Positions 39,311 through 53,563 of a stretch of 64,000 bases of DNA are shown one piece after another (within the stretch, counting starts at the first letter, position 1; each line of letters opens with the position of its first letter). The position numbers and the translations under genes were made by a program. The stretch spans positions 2,695 to 66,694 of the forward strand of contig NW_021831856.1 in the NCBI RefSeq assembly GCF_006345805.1, given 5' to 3'. Under the pieces are notes generated by a model, which did no database searches, was not told the DNA's origin, and saw nothing but the letters and a program-made list of their open reading frames with translations. This DNA comes from Octopus sinensis. Its lineage: Eukaryota.

Positions 39311-40519
39311 TCAGTAATTAATTTTTAGTACTAATCCCTTCCATGATTGGAACCGGATTTTACCTGTATACAAGACATAGAGACAAGACTTTCGATGGTA
39401 CCCTTACAAATGAAATGATAAGAAAAATTCGATATTACGATATTCCGGTAGACCAACCTTGGATAACAGATTATTGTTTTAATTATTAATATAGTTTAAC
39501 TATTCAGCCGTATTTAGTTCCTTACCTTATATATATATATATATAATACATTTTGGAGGGAGATACGAATTTGCCTGTCTATATAAATGTGGATATGCTA
39601 GTGGACTGTTATATCTTTCGATGTCGCCTGGTCGAATATATAATAGGTGAGTTTTTTCCTAGCATTTCTAGATTTATGGGAAATATTATGTTGATAAGGA
39701 AATGAACTTACGATTCTAATCCAGAAACGATCGTCCATAATTAATCCAGTAGACTGTGTGATTTTGTTGTCTTCCTTCTTTTTAACATATATAGGTTACA
39801 AATACTGTTGTTTGTGGAGACTTATTTTTGTAGTAATAGTAATAGTATGGGCATTTGACAAATGGGCATTTGACTGCTATTTCTAATATTTTCGGTATGT
39901 GGTTTAAGCAACTTGTTGCAAAAAAAACCTTTATTATAATCATATATACATATATATCTTTATGGCATCTTCTTCCTAAAATTCATTGTTACTTCTTACC
40001 TAATTTTACCGACATCAATATCTCAAAATAAAACCATTTATTAACACCCGTTCTCCTCTACATCGACCTGATATATTCTTCTGTCCTCATTATTGTGTGT
40101 AAAGACAAAAGTGCTGGAACTGGAGTGGCAAATTAGAGCTAGAGCGACTAACAAAATTCTTGAAGGATATTTAGTTACCTCCCTGTACTCTCTGAGCTTA
40201 AAATACTGCGTTGTTGTCAACCATAGATGAATTGATTGCAAAAATAGCAGTGAAGTACTGAGAGGAAAAATGATTTGCTGTTCTTTCCCTAAAAACTATT
40301 TTCGCCTGTTACCTGTGTTATAAAAGGATTTTATACTATTAGATGGGCTGATGGTGAGTATTGAAGCAAGGGATTAAATATGTCCTAGTATTTAACTAAT
40401 TTGCATTACATCCTGAATTCAAGTATCACGGAAGTCAACTTTGACTTTTATTTATCCGTAAGTCGATACAGTATATATCTATTAATTTATAAACTAATTA
40501 AATGCAAACAATAACTCTG

Positions 40520-40860
40520 AGCACCTTTCCAAACTCCACCCGTCTAACACCCGTGGATATATTTACAAAGTCAGAAAACAGTACAGCTCCCATGACTTTC
40601 GGAAACATTTTTACACGCTGAGAGTTGCTGAAGCATGGAACAAACTGCCGGCATCAGTTGTTAGTTGTCGGAGCACTGCATCCTTCAAAACTTCTATGCT
40701 TTCTGAGATTCGCCAACACGACACCTGATTTTCTCCCCTCCATACACACACAAGCATGTATCTGACTCATACAATATTCGCTTTCCAGACATTTGTACAT
40801 TACTGCATATACTTTATACGCACTTTCTGACACGTTGAGGTGCACCTGAGCACTGTATAC
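40520..40860 (+). mobile_element. 3' end of a CR1-type LINE
   Basis: TRGYIYKVRKQYSSHDFRKHFYTLRVAEAWNKLPASVV..F, a 3' UTR and a (TTA)n tail. A second fragment lies on the minus strand at 52495-52612. Confidence 0.8.
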
Positions 40861-41738
40861 AATAATTTCATTATTATTAAATGCACATGTAAATCTGGCA
40901 AGCCATGACAAACTGAGGAAGCAATATAAATACATCTTATACAAAAGAGTAGACAAAAACAAAAGCAAAATCTAGAAAGAAGGAAAAGTAGAACGAACAC
41001 ACAATGAACAATTAAAAGATTCTGTCGTTAAATCTTTTGTAGCCGCCATGAATTGGAAAATTATACTTATGGCTAGTGAATCTTTGAAAATATATTATAC
41101 AAGTAATAAACCCGAAGTTCAAACTATCTAATTTTATTTATATTGAAACAGTTCAGTCACTTGTATTTTCATATAGCTCCCCGCTATAGGCAACGATAGC
41201 GCTATTTTCTTTCGTCCTTATGCACTGTTGAATTCTAATCTTTTCTTTTCTGTATTGATATAAGCATCTAATAGTCTAGTACAGAGAGATAAATGGCCAC
41301 TAAAAACTCAACACCATTAAAACAAAGTTAAATAACACCCCACCACCATATATTGGGCCGTTTATATCCTATTGTTATATGATATTTACTAACATGTGAA
41401 GTAGAATAAGCTCAAGAACATTTTGTGCAACTCACTTCAACCACTAGAACAAATGGTGTGACCCTATACGATGGCTCAACATTGTAGAAAAAGTGGCTAA
41501 ATCTTTCTTAAATCGAACGCACATCTTTAAAAAAGTAGGAGAATAAATAATAATAAGAACAGGCTGTTGACCACCGCTGTGGTCTTTGCTCACACTTCTG
41601 CCAATTCAACGTTTTGGACTGGTGGCATATTATCGACCCGATTGGTGGAAAAGTCAATTTTGAAGTCTGTAGGATTTGAACCTCGAGCGCATTCAGTAGG
41701 AACATATACGGCGCGGTATTTTACCCAACTCTCTAGAG

Positions 41739-41939
41739 CAGTGGTTTTCAACCAGGGTTCCGCCAGAACAGTCCAGGGGTTCCGCAAGAAGTTACAAAAC
41801 TGCTAAAATCGACAGTAATTTTTAATTCTCCTGTGCAGATATGTGTGCATAAGTCTATTAAATTATTGCACAGGGGTTCCTCGAGCCAGTGGAATGTTTC
41901 CTTGGGGTTCCGCTCCAGCAAAAATATTGAAAAGCACTG
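41739..41939. mobile_element. hAT (Charlie-like) MITE, 201 bp, with an intact 8-bp TSD
   Basis: TIRs CAGTGGTTTTCAA and TTGAAAAGCACTG; CTCTAGAG is duplicated at 41731-41738 and 41940-41947. Confidence 0.9.
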
Positions 41940-42029
41940 CTCTAGAGGGTCTGTATCTGTGCGTGCCTGAGTGTGTGCATGTGAGTGTGTGCAAATGTAT
42001 ATGTACATATATATGCATATGTAAGTGTG

Positions 42030-42075
<46 letters not shown>

Positions 42076-42392
42076 TATATATGTATACACACACACACAC
42101 AGATTCGCATACGGATACACGCAGACGTATACATATACAGGCAAAAACATTCACAGGCATATATGTGGGTGTGCGTGTGCCGGAGTGTCTGTGCGAGGGC
42201 GTATTTGTGTACACAAGTGAACATTGCAACGGGGAAATAGTTTCACATATAACAATTTACGTAACTGTATGTATTCAATAAATGGTGAAATTATAGTTTC
42301 ATAGACTATAATAGCCGAAGAGAGTGTCTTAAGTATTCTAGGATTTAAAAGAGTGGAACCAATACAATAACTGAAAGATAAAAGAATATACA

Positions 42393-42796
42393 GGAGTGGC
42401 TGTGTGGTAAGTAGCTTGCTAACCAACCACATGGTTCCGGGTTCAGTCCCACTGCGCGGCACCTTGGGCAAGTGTCTTCTCTACTATAGCCTCGGGCCGA
42501 CCAAAGCCTTGTGAGTGGATTTGGTAGACGGAACTGAAAGAAGCCTGTCGTATATATGTATATATATATGTATGTGTGTGTGTTTGCGTGTCTGTGTTTG
42601 TCCCCCTAGCATTGCTTGACAACCGATGCTGGTGTGTTTATGTCCCCGTCACTTAGCGGTTCGGCAAAAGAGACCGATAGAATAGTACTTACTGGGCTTA
42701 CAAAGAATAAGTGCCGGAGTCGAGTTGCTCGATTAAAGGTGGTGCTCCAGCATGGCCGCAGTCAAATGACTGAAACGAGTAAAAGAGTAAAAGAGT
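42393..42796 (+). mobile_element. Full-length tRNA-derived SINE with a CORE-like segment (octopus OR-type, inferred)
   Basis: Pol III-like head GGAGTGGCTGTGTGGTAAGTAGC..GGTTCAGTCCC, CORE-like GGCACCTTGGGCAAGTGTCTT, an internal microsatellite, and a (GTAAAAGA)n tail. Confidence 0.88.
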
Positions 42797-44218
42797 GTGA
42801 GAAACACTTACAGTGTTATAACTGTCAAAGGAGACCACTCTTATAAACACTTGCGAATTACCTCCCTTGAAATGATTTTTTTTTTCCTTACAAAGTAGGT
42901 ATGTTTATTTATCTTTTCTGTAATTAACTTAGCCATTAAAGTACGGCCAAGCTGGAACGCCCCCACCCCTTTTTTTTTTTAGCTGAATGATCCGACCCCA
43001 GTGCTGGTTTCTTCTTTTTTTAAACCTGGTACATATTCTATCGGTTTTTGTTGCTGAAACGCTAGGTTACGCGGACGTAAACACTAACACCAGTTGTCAA
43101 CCGGTAGTGACGAACAAACATACATATATATATAAATGTATATATATATATATATAATATATATATATATATGTATGTATGTATACGAAGGGCTTATATG
43201 AGTTTTCGTCTATCATATTCATACACAATACTATAGCCGGATGCTATAGTAGAACAGACGAGCCCAAGGTGCCAGGTAGTGAGACTGAACCCAGAATCAC
43301 GTAGTCGCGAACCAAGGCCACGCAGCCTCGCCCGCGCAGACACGCCCGTGCAGTCACGTTCGCGCATGAAATAAATTTAAATAACTTTGCCGTGAAATCA
43401 TATTCATTATACTTCCGTTTTGCTTTAAATATTTATCAATAATACTGCTGCAGGAAAATACTAATGGTAAAGAAAGCAAGATCGTTCTGCAAACATGTGA
43501 CTCTCAGGTTCAGTCCCACTGCGCGGTACCTTGCGCGAGTAACTATTACTATAACACCGAAATGAAAACTAAAATACCTTGTGAGTGAATTTGATTGACG
43601 AAAACTGTTTCAAAGTCCATCCTGTGTTTACACACATACACACACACACACACATAGCTATATGCAAAATTTAGGTTAGTTAAAATATGTTTGTGACATT
43701 TTTCAACTGCTAAAAGTCAAATTCACTGCAGTTACTGTGGAGTAAATATCTCACTCATGGTAAAAAGGTGTCAAAACACCTGCTTTGTTCAGTGGCACCA
43801 TCTATCAGGAATCACAGACCTCGATTGTTCTAGTTCATTGACTCTTATCAATGGGATGTACCTAAGAGAGGCAATGCCGAACAAACTTATAAAGCTTTAT
43901 GTAAAATTCAGTCAATAACGTTTACTGATTTGCGCTGGTAGATCGCCCGATCTAGGAAAATCACGAAACGTTAGCGCTAAGCAGTGCTTAGGCATATAAT
44001 TATATGTAATTATAAGATCCAAGGATCTAAGTGCAGGAAGTTAATAAACTTCGAACAGTCCGTTGTAGGTATAACAAACAACTTTCAGGAACAATAATAG
44101 TTTTATGGCGTAGATGGTTGTAAGATTCCCCGCCCCCATATCGAGTAAGTTACTTTATATTTCGCGATTAGCATCTAGAGTTACTATGACGTTTACCTGC
44201 TTCATTCCTTCAATTTGA

Positions 44219-44270
<52 letters not shown>

Positions 44271-44450
44271 TATATATATATTTTATATATATATACAATA
44301 TATATGACACAATCGGTGACACAATCGTTTCATTCACAAATTGAATTCGGTGATACTAGTTGTGGATTCTGCTCGCTCTGATACTGAGTTGAGTTGGTGC
44401 CTTCTAGTATCTCAAAATTCAATATATAATCATTTATGATTATAGTATTC

Positions 44451-44557
44451 TACGCTGAAGAGAAAAGAAGTTTCGGTAAGATAGAATTATTTAATATTTA
44501 ATATTAAATTCTGTGCTTTCCTTCCTAAAAACTTGATTTCGAAACGTACGTCCGTAG
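44451..44557 (+). ncRNA. Candidate type I hammerhead ribozyme (Penelope-associated type) with a long stem II
   Basis: ACG-CTGAAGA-GAAA..(AAGTT..AGAA..TTTAATAT/ATATTAAA..TTCT..AACTT)..TTTC-GAAAC-GTA-CGT. The core is intact, but stem I is only 3 bp. Confidence 0.4.
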
Positions 44558-44817
44558 ATAACTTAAAAATGTATGATAGATTGCCGTCAATTCATTCTCT
44601 CTTACCTGTTTGTGTCTGCCTTCAAATTGCTGTTTTTTACTGAGAGTCCTTTTTAGTAGAAGAAATAGCTAAAACCCTTTAACTGCTATTTCTAAATTCG
44701 GTATGCGGTAAGGCAATTCGTTGCTAAACCCTTTATTGCTATATATATACACATATATATATCCTCGACTGGCTTATTTTATAGACCCCGACAGGCAAAG
44801 TCGAACTATATATATAT

Positions 44818-44859
<42 letters not shown>

Positions 44860-45003
44860 TATCCTCGACTGGTGCTTATTTTATAGACCCCGACAGGCAA
44901 AGTCGACCTCGGCGGTATTTGAACGTAAAACGGACGAAATACCACTAAGCATTTTACCCGGCATGCAAACGATTCACCCACTACTCACCTTATTAACACA
45001 CAC

Positions 45004-45034
<31 letters not shown>

Positions 45035-46892
45035 ACACACACACACACAGTATTATATATATATATATGGTTGTATATTATGGCTGTAAATACGTGTATG
45101 TATTTATGTTACGAAAAAGGAGGCAGTCAGATTTTTGGATAATTCTTTATTATCGCTTTCGTTTGTTTAACCAAACAAAAATTGAACCCAAATAATTAAA
45201 ACAGAACGTTTAATAGGTTTTATATATGAATAGAAGAGCGGATGTTTTTTTTTTATTGTTTTAATTTTTTTTTTGCTTAGAAGAAGAGAAAACGCTTTTT
45301 GTAGAAATTTTCTCCTCTTCTATAGAAAACAAAGAAATATCAGCTCTTCGGTTCATATAAAAATCGATGAAACGTTCTGTTTTTATTATTTTGGTTTAAT
45401 TTTGCCTTTTTTCAAACTCTTGGCATATATTTAGTATGGCTTGTGGTAAGAAGTTTGCTTCCCATCCATATGGCTCCGAATTCAGTCCTCCTGCGTGGTA
45501 CGTTGGCCAATGGTCTTCTACTATAGCCTCTGTATGTATGTATGTATGTATATATATATACGAGCAAAACGCCCCCGTCCAATGGACGGTACTGAGTTGT
45601 CAAACATTTAAACCAAATTTTCTCAAAACAACTTGTCGGACCGTCCCATAGGCCTCGCCTTTGAGAAACACTGATTTAACCTAAATTTGAGACACCAGCA
45701 AAAGAAGAACTAAAGATGGATTTTTTTTCTATTCCAAAGAAAAACGATTTTATTCACACAAATATGCAACTGAAGTGTTTAAAGTACCCGTAATGACTGG
45801 GAGAATATTCAAAACGGTAAACCAATCACGGTGTCTAATTGTATTTAAATGTGTTTACGAATATTTTTGCTCATATGTTGTCACGCTGTTTCACTTCTTT
45901 ACTTGATTCAATAATCGGTAACATGCAACTCAGAGTAAGGATTCAAGAAGCTTGCACTCCTAATATTATACATACAAACTTTAAGCACTGAGTACTTGGT
46001 TCCACTATTGCACAAGCACTTAATAACTTGTACAACTCGTACATGCACGCGCGTTACGGGTATGTATGTGTTGTGTGGATTGTTTTACAGAAAGCTTTAC
46101 TGTCTGAGATATATTTGGAGTCGAGTGTAACCTGAAGTTTTCAAGGCAGGCTGCCATCAAATATTCGCTTACTTAGTATCATGCTAACAAAATCTCTCTG
46201 ATTTTACACTTCCAGACATAATCCGCTTTTCGGCAGTGGAAAGCAATGATGAATAATTTTCAGTAGTTCAATTTGTGCTTGTTCCAACTGAAAATTTCTA
46301 CTCAATAAAGCTGTTAATCCATGTGTCGTTTGTGATCTTTTCCTACAAAGTAGTCAAGCGCTAATAGGAGATTGCCAAATTACAATGAAGCTTATGTTGG
46401 CACGTCATCAATTTAACTACTCGTGCTTTTGTCAATGTTTTTGAAACACTTGGTGGTCATCAATTACCGTCCAGTTAACATCAATTTAGAATACTGTAAT
46501 ACGTCGGTCGGTGTTCTGGCTACGTTCCTGAAAATGCCGGAGTAAATGAAACAACGCCACACGGAAGTCATGATATTATATAAATAGATACAAGGTTGGA
46601 AAGATCTTTTTAAACAGCAATACAAACACAGGTGAAAGGAATAGATATCTTTTAACAACTGAAAATTAAAAACAAAACTGCTGTTTTAGATAACCTCACA
46701 ATGTGATATTGCCTATATTCAAATGTTATGTTGAAATTAGATAACAATTTTAATATCGTTTATATATTTGTTGTGCAAGATTTTTTATGTGAAGTCGTGT
46801 GTTGAAACAGATATTGTTATATTTCGGAATTGTCATTTTTCCAGTTTAGCCAATATCAATAGTGTATTTGTAAATTAGTTTATATATTTTTC

Positions 46893-47107
46893 TTTACTAC
46901 CCACAAGAGAGGACAGACAAGGACAGAAAAACGGATTAAGTCGATTACATCGACCCCAGTGCGTATCTGGTACTTAATTTATCGACTCCGAAAGAATGAA
47001 AGGCAAAGCCGACCTCGGCGGAATTTGAACTCAGAACGTAACGGCAGACGAAATACGGCTACGCATTTCGCCCGGCGTGCTAACGTTTCTGCCAGCTCGC
47101 CGCCTTT
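46893..47107 (-). mobile_element. SINE of the 6873 family
   Basis: Reverse complement of the head and central domain of the 6873-7104 copy. Confidence 0.85.
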
Positions 47108-47587
47108 TCGTCCGATACGATACCCACTCTACGAAACCGCCAACATTTTCCTTCTATTGTTATTTCTGCTGTTGTTATATTTATTGTTGGTGGTGCTGGA
47201 GAGGTTAAGTGTAGTAATCTAGTTTTCCTGTTATTGTTGACTCTATTCTTCCCACCCACTCTTCGATTTAAGATTACTGCTCTTAGGGATTAATTACTGT
47301 CGTGTTTATGCTTTTTGTTTTACCGTTTTTTTTTTTTTGTTTAGCTTGATTGCTTCAATTATTTCTAAAATCAAAGAAAACATATCTCCATCATGTTAAG
47401 TGCAAACGTGATAGTGTGATTGATGGTTATCCAGTTTTTTACTTCTGATGTTTGATTGGAGTGTAACGGTAGGAAGGAGGGCAGCTGGAAAAGAGAGTGA
47501 GGGATATACACAAAACGCACACATTTATACATATATAAATATAAATATAAATACACACACACACACACACACAGACACACACACACA

Positions 47588-47662
<75 letters not shown>

Positions 47663-48248
47663 AGAGAGAGAGGGAGAAGGTGATAATGACAGAGATTGAG
47701 AAAAATATTCTGATCTACTGTATCTATTGGTTATATACCGTCTAGCAGCCGAGGGTGAGGTCCGGGATGGAGTTGTGAGCTGGTTACTCATTGAGCTTGA
47801 GATCATTCCTCTCCTTTTTATATTCGCAATGTTCTTTCCTTTCTCCTTTTTAATTTCTTCTCTTGTCTCACAATAGCTGTATTTCGCCAGCCCATACTTC
47901 TTCCTTCTCTTTGCTCACATACATACATACATACATACATACATACATACATACATACATACACACACACACATACATACATACATACACACACACGTAT
48001 ATATAAACAAAAATGCACACACACATGCACACATACATCTCAAAATTCAGCTAGGTTGTTGCAGCGTTTTAAGAGGTACTACTACAGTTGTCAAAGCTCA
48101 ACTGTCAGTTAAACACATTTCAAATCTGATGATTACTCTATGTATGAAAGCGCTAATTTAACTTTATGAGCATTACAAAATATTTTTTTAATGTTAAAAT
48201 ACCAAAATACAAAAGCGAAAACCAGACCATGATTTAACTTTACTCAAC

Positions 48249-48287
<39 letters not shown>

Positions 48288-48890
48288 TATTGTTGCCATA
48301 AGTATGGGACACAACAACGGACAGTTTGGCATTAACTAAATGTTTTCAATGAAGTGCAATTTCATTTTATATACGTCAGCAAGTATGTATTGTAGTGTAA
48401 ATAATTCAAATTAGCAATACTAGTTTTCTACGTAAAAGGAGTAGCAAACGTTATAGAACATGTGCGCGACAGTAGCTGGAGGGTAGGATATATCTTTAGC
48501 AGGATATATTTATCTCTTGCGAAATGTGATCGGACTTGGTTGTGGTATATCAGTCGTTAACTTGCGTAATTTTCATTTTACGAACTTATAAATAACAACG
48601 TGAAGGCGTGTGGCCTAGTAGTTAGGCTGTTGCACTTACGATCCCCAGATTGTAGGTTCGATTCCTAGATGCAACGGCGCGTTATGTTCTTGAGCAAAAT
48701 ACGTCATTTCAAGTTGCTCCAGTTATTTTCCGTTGTGTAACAACATCTGATAGTTTAGCCGGTCACGTGATCATGTGATACATAATAACAGGGCCCTAAA
48801 GAACCGGTTTCTACAACATTAAAGGAATAGAAGTCAAAATACCGTCTTGAATAAAGCGATATACCTTCGAATGTAGTTTTCTGTGTAGTA

Positions 48891-48937
<47 letters not shown>

Positions 48938-48975
48938 TGTACAAGCCAAACAATCACAATACAAACTCCGGGTAT

Positions 48976-49020
<45 letters not shown>

Positions 49021-49959
49021 AATACTGTTACTGCTACTGGTGTTGTTACTGACGCTGCTAATACCTACAATAGCGGCAATAAAAATTTACACGTTTATAG
49101 GGAGTATAATTTTCCAAGTGAAGGAATGCTCACAAAAATGAGATTATGAAGGTTCCTTTTGTGTGTATTCATTGAACACGAATAAAGGGAGCGAATATGG
49201 ATTCGTCGGTAGGAGTTGAGGAGGTAGTGGTATGTACGAACGTCCATTTGTATATATGTATGTATGTCTGTATGTAAGTCTGTATGTAACTACGTAGGTA
49301 TTTTTGTGTGTATGTATACATGTATGCATGTATGTATGTATGTCATTATTCAGTTTTATTTCAAGATTTCTTGCCAATAGAGAAAGAGCCGGTTTCTAAC
49401 CTAGATCCAAGGGTCTTTCATTAGAATTTCAACAACATCAACAGAGCATTTTTATATATATGTATGAATGTGTGCAGATTTGTATGTTTTTTTCTTTTAT
49501 GTATGTGTTCTCATGCATATAGTTGCCTATCTAGACATACTCATATATACTTAAATGATAAACTTCAGGAAAGTTTTACAGATGTTTACAGTTCCAGTGA
49601 TGGATTGGATCTGTAGTCTTCGAATTAGAATTCTTCTTTCTGGTTTTGAGAAGTCTAAGTTTTCATGATTGGTATTTAGGCGGCGTATTACTTATCCCAG
49701 GGCCCCAATAATTACAGGTGTAAACCTGAACTTGTAATCTGGATTGAGTAGCTGTAAATTTCCCAATAGTTTAGCGTAGTTATTTTCTTTCCCGTTGAGC
49801 ATCCGCTAGGAACTGATTTGCACAACTGCACAGTTCTCTTCTGTACCTCAAATCATTATTTCAAGCCTATTGTTTACATTTTACTGAGGTTTGCACTGGG
49901 ACATTCCACCAGTACTCGTTTTTTACTTTTTTTTATGAGTGGCTATAGCTTCCACAATA

Positions 49960-50630
49960 CGAGCTGGCAGAAACGTTGGCACGCCGAGCGAAATGCGTAG
50001 CCGTATTTCGTCTGCCGTTACGTTCTGAGTTCAAATTCCGCCGAAGTCGACTTTGCCTTTCATCCTTTCGGGGTCGATGTAATCGACTTAATCCGTTTGT
50101 CCCCTCTGTGTTTAGCCCCTTGTGGGTAGTAAAGAAATAGGTATTTCGGCTGCCGCTACGTTCTAAGCTCAAATTCCGCCAGGTCGACTTTGCCTTTCAT
50201 CCTTTCGGGGTCGATGTAATCGACTTAATCCGTTTGTCCCCTCTGTGTTTAGCCCCTTGTGGGTAGTAAAGAAATAGGTATTTCGGCTGCCGCTACGTTC
50301 TAAGCTCAAATTCCGCCAGGTCGACTTTGCCTTTCATCCTTTCGGGGTCGATTAAATAGGTACCAGTTACGCACTGGGGTCGATATAATCGACTTAATCC
50401 GTCTGTCTGTCCTTGTTTGTCGTCTCTGTGTTTAGCCCCCTGTGGGTAGTAAAGAAATAGGTATTTCGTCTGTCTTTACGTTCTGAGTTCAAATTCCGCA
50501 AAGGTCGACTTTTCCTTTCATCATTTTGGGGTCGATAAATTAAGTACCAGTTGCGTACTGGGGTCGATCTGATGGACTGGCACCTTCCCCAAAAATTTCA
50601 GGCCTTATGCCCAGAGTAGAAAAGAATACT
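49960..50630 (+). mobile_element. Head-to-tail tandem array of four SINE bodies (6873 family)
   Basis: Units restart at GTATTTCG at 50003, 50141, 50278 and 50461. Confidence 0.88.
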
Positions 50631-50650
50631 GTGGGTCTTATTTCTTTATT

Positions 50651-50900
50651 CTAGGGTTTATCCTTCAGAAGGATCTCGTTATGCTGTATTCTAGCTACAG
50701 TATCATGTCTCATTGGTAGATAATACCGTGATGAGATTTTTGGACAACTGCTTATGATGTTGGTGAAATCTTCGGTGTTAACTCCACAATGGATGCTTCG
50801 AGTGTCATATTTTGTTGCTTTTCCTGCTTCTCTGTCCCTTTTGTGCATCAGGTATTTGGTTGATATTTCCAGTTCTTGGATTGCAAGCGCCATACCCTTT
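50651..50900 (-). mobile_element. R4-clade LINE fragment (zinc-knuckle region)
   Basis: AIQELEISTKYLMHKRD..CGVNTEDFTNIISSCPKISSRYYLPMRHDTVA. Confidence 0.8.
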
Positions 50901-51082
50901 AAAAATGGGAGGTAGTAATCCGAATACACACACGCGCTCGTGATCACTCACACGCGCACGCGATCACACACATGTGCAGGTAATCACACACATACTTACA
51001 TAAATGCATCTGTGTATGTATGTATGTATGCATGAACGAAAGTATTCATGTATGTATGTATCTATCCCTCTATCTTTATCTG

Positions 51083-51155
<73 letters not shown>

Positions 51156-51339
51156 ATATATATATATATATCTATCTTTCTTTCTTTCTATCTGTGTGTC
51201 TGTCTATGTACACACACACACATATATCTATATACACGTATACATATATATGCATACATATGTATATATATACACATGTATATATATAAATATATACATA
51301 TATATATATGTGTATATATATGTGTGTGTATGTGTGTGT

Positions 51340-51394
<55 letters not shown>

Positions 51395-51971
51395 TGTGTG
51401 TGTATGATTAATTTTGCCTACTGTAATTAACAATACTACATGATGAAGCTTACGAAACAGCTGTATTTATATGGAAGTCATATGGAAAAAATAAGCCTAT
51501 ATTCACGTCTCATCTCCTGACATACTTTATTTACTTCCCTTGGCAACAGAAATAACTGCATGTTAACGAAGTTTGTTACACACACACGCGCACGCACACA
51601 CACCACACGAACACACGCACACACACACACGCACACACACACACACCTATACATATAAATTTAAATACACAACGGAAAGAGTTACTCATAGTTTCATGCT
51701 ATTATGAAACTTGAAAAGGCATAATTATAAAATATGACATGTATCTTAAAGCAGACCTTCAGGCTCTGCTTATACATTATATATATTAAAAACAAGAATG
51801 CTGGACAGTAAGATTGCATTAAGACACGTGGTGTATTTTATAAATATGCCTGTTCAAGTATCATAATAATATGAAACTATCAGTAACTCTTTCGGTTGTG
51901 TATTTAAATTGATATTTAATCTCTCACTGGAGTACTTTTTTGTTGATTCTACCTCTGTTGCATCTTTAAGT

Positions 51972-52004
<33 letters not shown>

Positions 52005-52385
52005 CTAGCAGTATAGCCCAGCGTTGCTCGGGTTTGTTTTCTTTTCGACCCTTAGAATTGGAATTTTTGAAAAGTAAGCTTATTATTCTCTTTAAGTGAA
52101 TATTTTTCTGGTTGAAATACACCGCAAAATGGCGACACAGCAGTCGAAAAGCCGTAAAATATGGGGATTTTCGTAGAAAAAAAGCATCTTTTTGATGTAA
52201 GTAATTTTTGGTCTAAACATGGTCTGATTTGAATTTTTTCTTCTACGGAATAAAGAGCAAGCCTTCTTCTATCATGCTTTCAATTTTGGTTAACCTGCGC
52301 CGCAGGGTCTCCGAAGATATAGTGTTAGTTGAAGGCTGCCAAACCTGCCACACACACACAGACAACTTCAGCTTTATTTATATAT
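52005..52385 (-). mobile_element. Non-autonomous Helitron-like element inserted in (TA)n
   Basis: Minus-strand 3' end CCCGAGCAACGCTGGG hairpin followed by ..CTAGT. The other end is ACAGACAACTTCAGCTT running into (TA)n. Confidence 0.65.
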
Positions 52386-52611
52386 ATATATATATATATA
52401 TACTGAATATCAGTGATTCACTCCACCGTTACTCCGAGTAGCAAATATATACATTCAGTGTATATTTAATCGTTAAAAGGGTAAATATTGCGTACAGTTT
52501 ATTCCATGTTTCAGCAACTCTGAGCGTGAAAAAATGTTTCCGAAAGTCATGGGAGCTGTGTTGTTTTCTGATTTTGTAGGCATGTCCACGTGTGTTAGAC
52601 ACATGGAGATC

Positions 52612-53255
52612 AAAAAAAATTTTTCGAAACTTTTTACTGAAAATTTTACCAAAAAATTTTTCGAAAATTTTCACCAAAAATTTTCTCCAAAAATTTTTCG
52701 AAAATTTTCACAGAAAACTTTCCCCAAAATTTTTCGAAAATTTTCACCAAAATTTCTTCACCGATTTTGGGCCCCCTGGCCTTCCATACTTTGTGATTTT
52801 GGCACAGCTGGCCTTCCATACTTTTTGATTTTGGCACCGCTGGCCTTCCATACTTTTTGATTTTTGGCACCGCTCGTCTTCCATACTTTTTGATTTTGGC
52901 ACCGCTGGCCTTCCATACTTTATGATTTTGGCACCGCTCGTCTTCCATACTTTAAGATTTTGGCCCCGCCGGCCTTCCATACTTTTCCAAAATTTTCCCT
53001 AAAAATTTTACGTAAATTTTCACCGAAAATTTTCCCCAAAGGTTTTTCGAAAGTTTTTCCAAACATTTTTTCGAAAATTTTCACCTCAAATTTTACCGAA
53101 ATATTTTTCGGGAATTTTCACAAAAATTTTTAAAAACTTTGACGGAAATTTTCCCCAAAATTTTTCCAAAATTTTTCCAAAAATTTTCATCGCAAATTTT
53201 CGCTTAAAATTTTCCGAAAATTTTCACCGAAAATTTTCCCTAAAATTTTTTGAAA
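52612..53255. repeat. A-tract satellite block with 31-bp TTTTGGCACCGCTGGCCTTCCATACTTTTTGA-type tandem units
   Basis: GAAAATTTTC scaffold flanking about seven contiguous 31-32-bp units (about 52765-52985). Confidence 0.9.
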
Positions 53256-53368
53256 CAGAGCCAGAGACAATGCCTGAAACTTAGATATGTTTCGATCAAA
53301 GAATGGTCCAAGCCATGTCTAACTTAATACCACCACCTGATATATATATAATGTATTGTATATAAACT

Positions 53369-53400
<32 letters not shown>

Positions 53401-53420
53401 TAATATATATATATATATAT

Positions 53421-53451
<31 letters not shown>

Positions 53452-53502
53452 TTATATATTATATATATATAATATATATATATATATGTATGTATATATA
53501 TA

Positions 53503-53563
<61 letters not shown>

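Noticed and set aside
52765-52985. 31-bp repeats that superficially resemble a CRISPR array (also in the 58-63 kb block)
   Set aside because: The units are contiguous with no unique spacers, there are no cas genes, and the context is eukaryotic.
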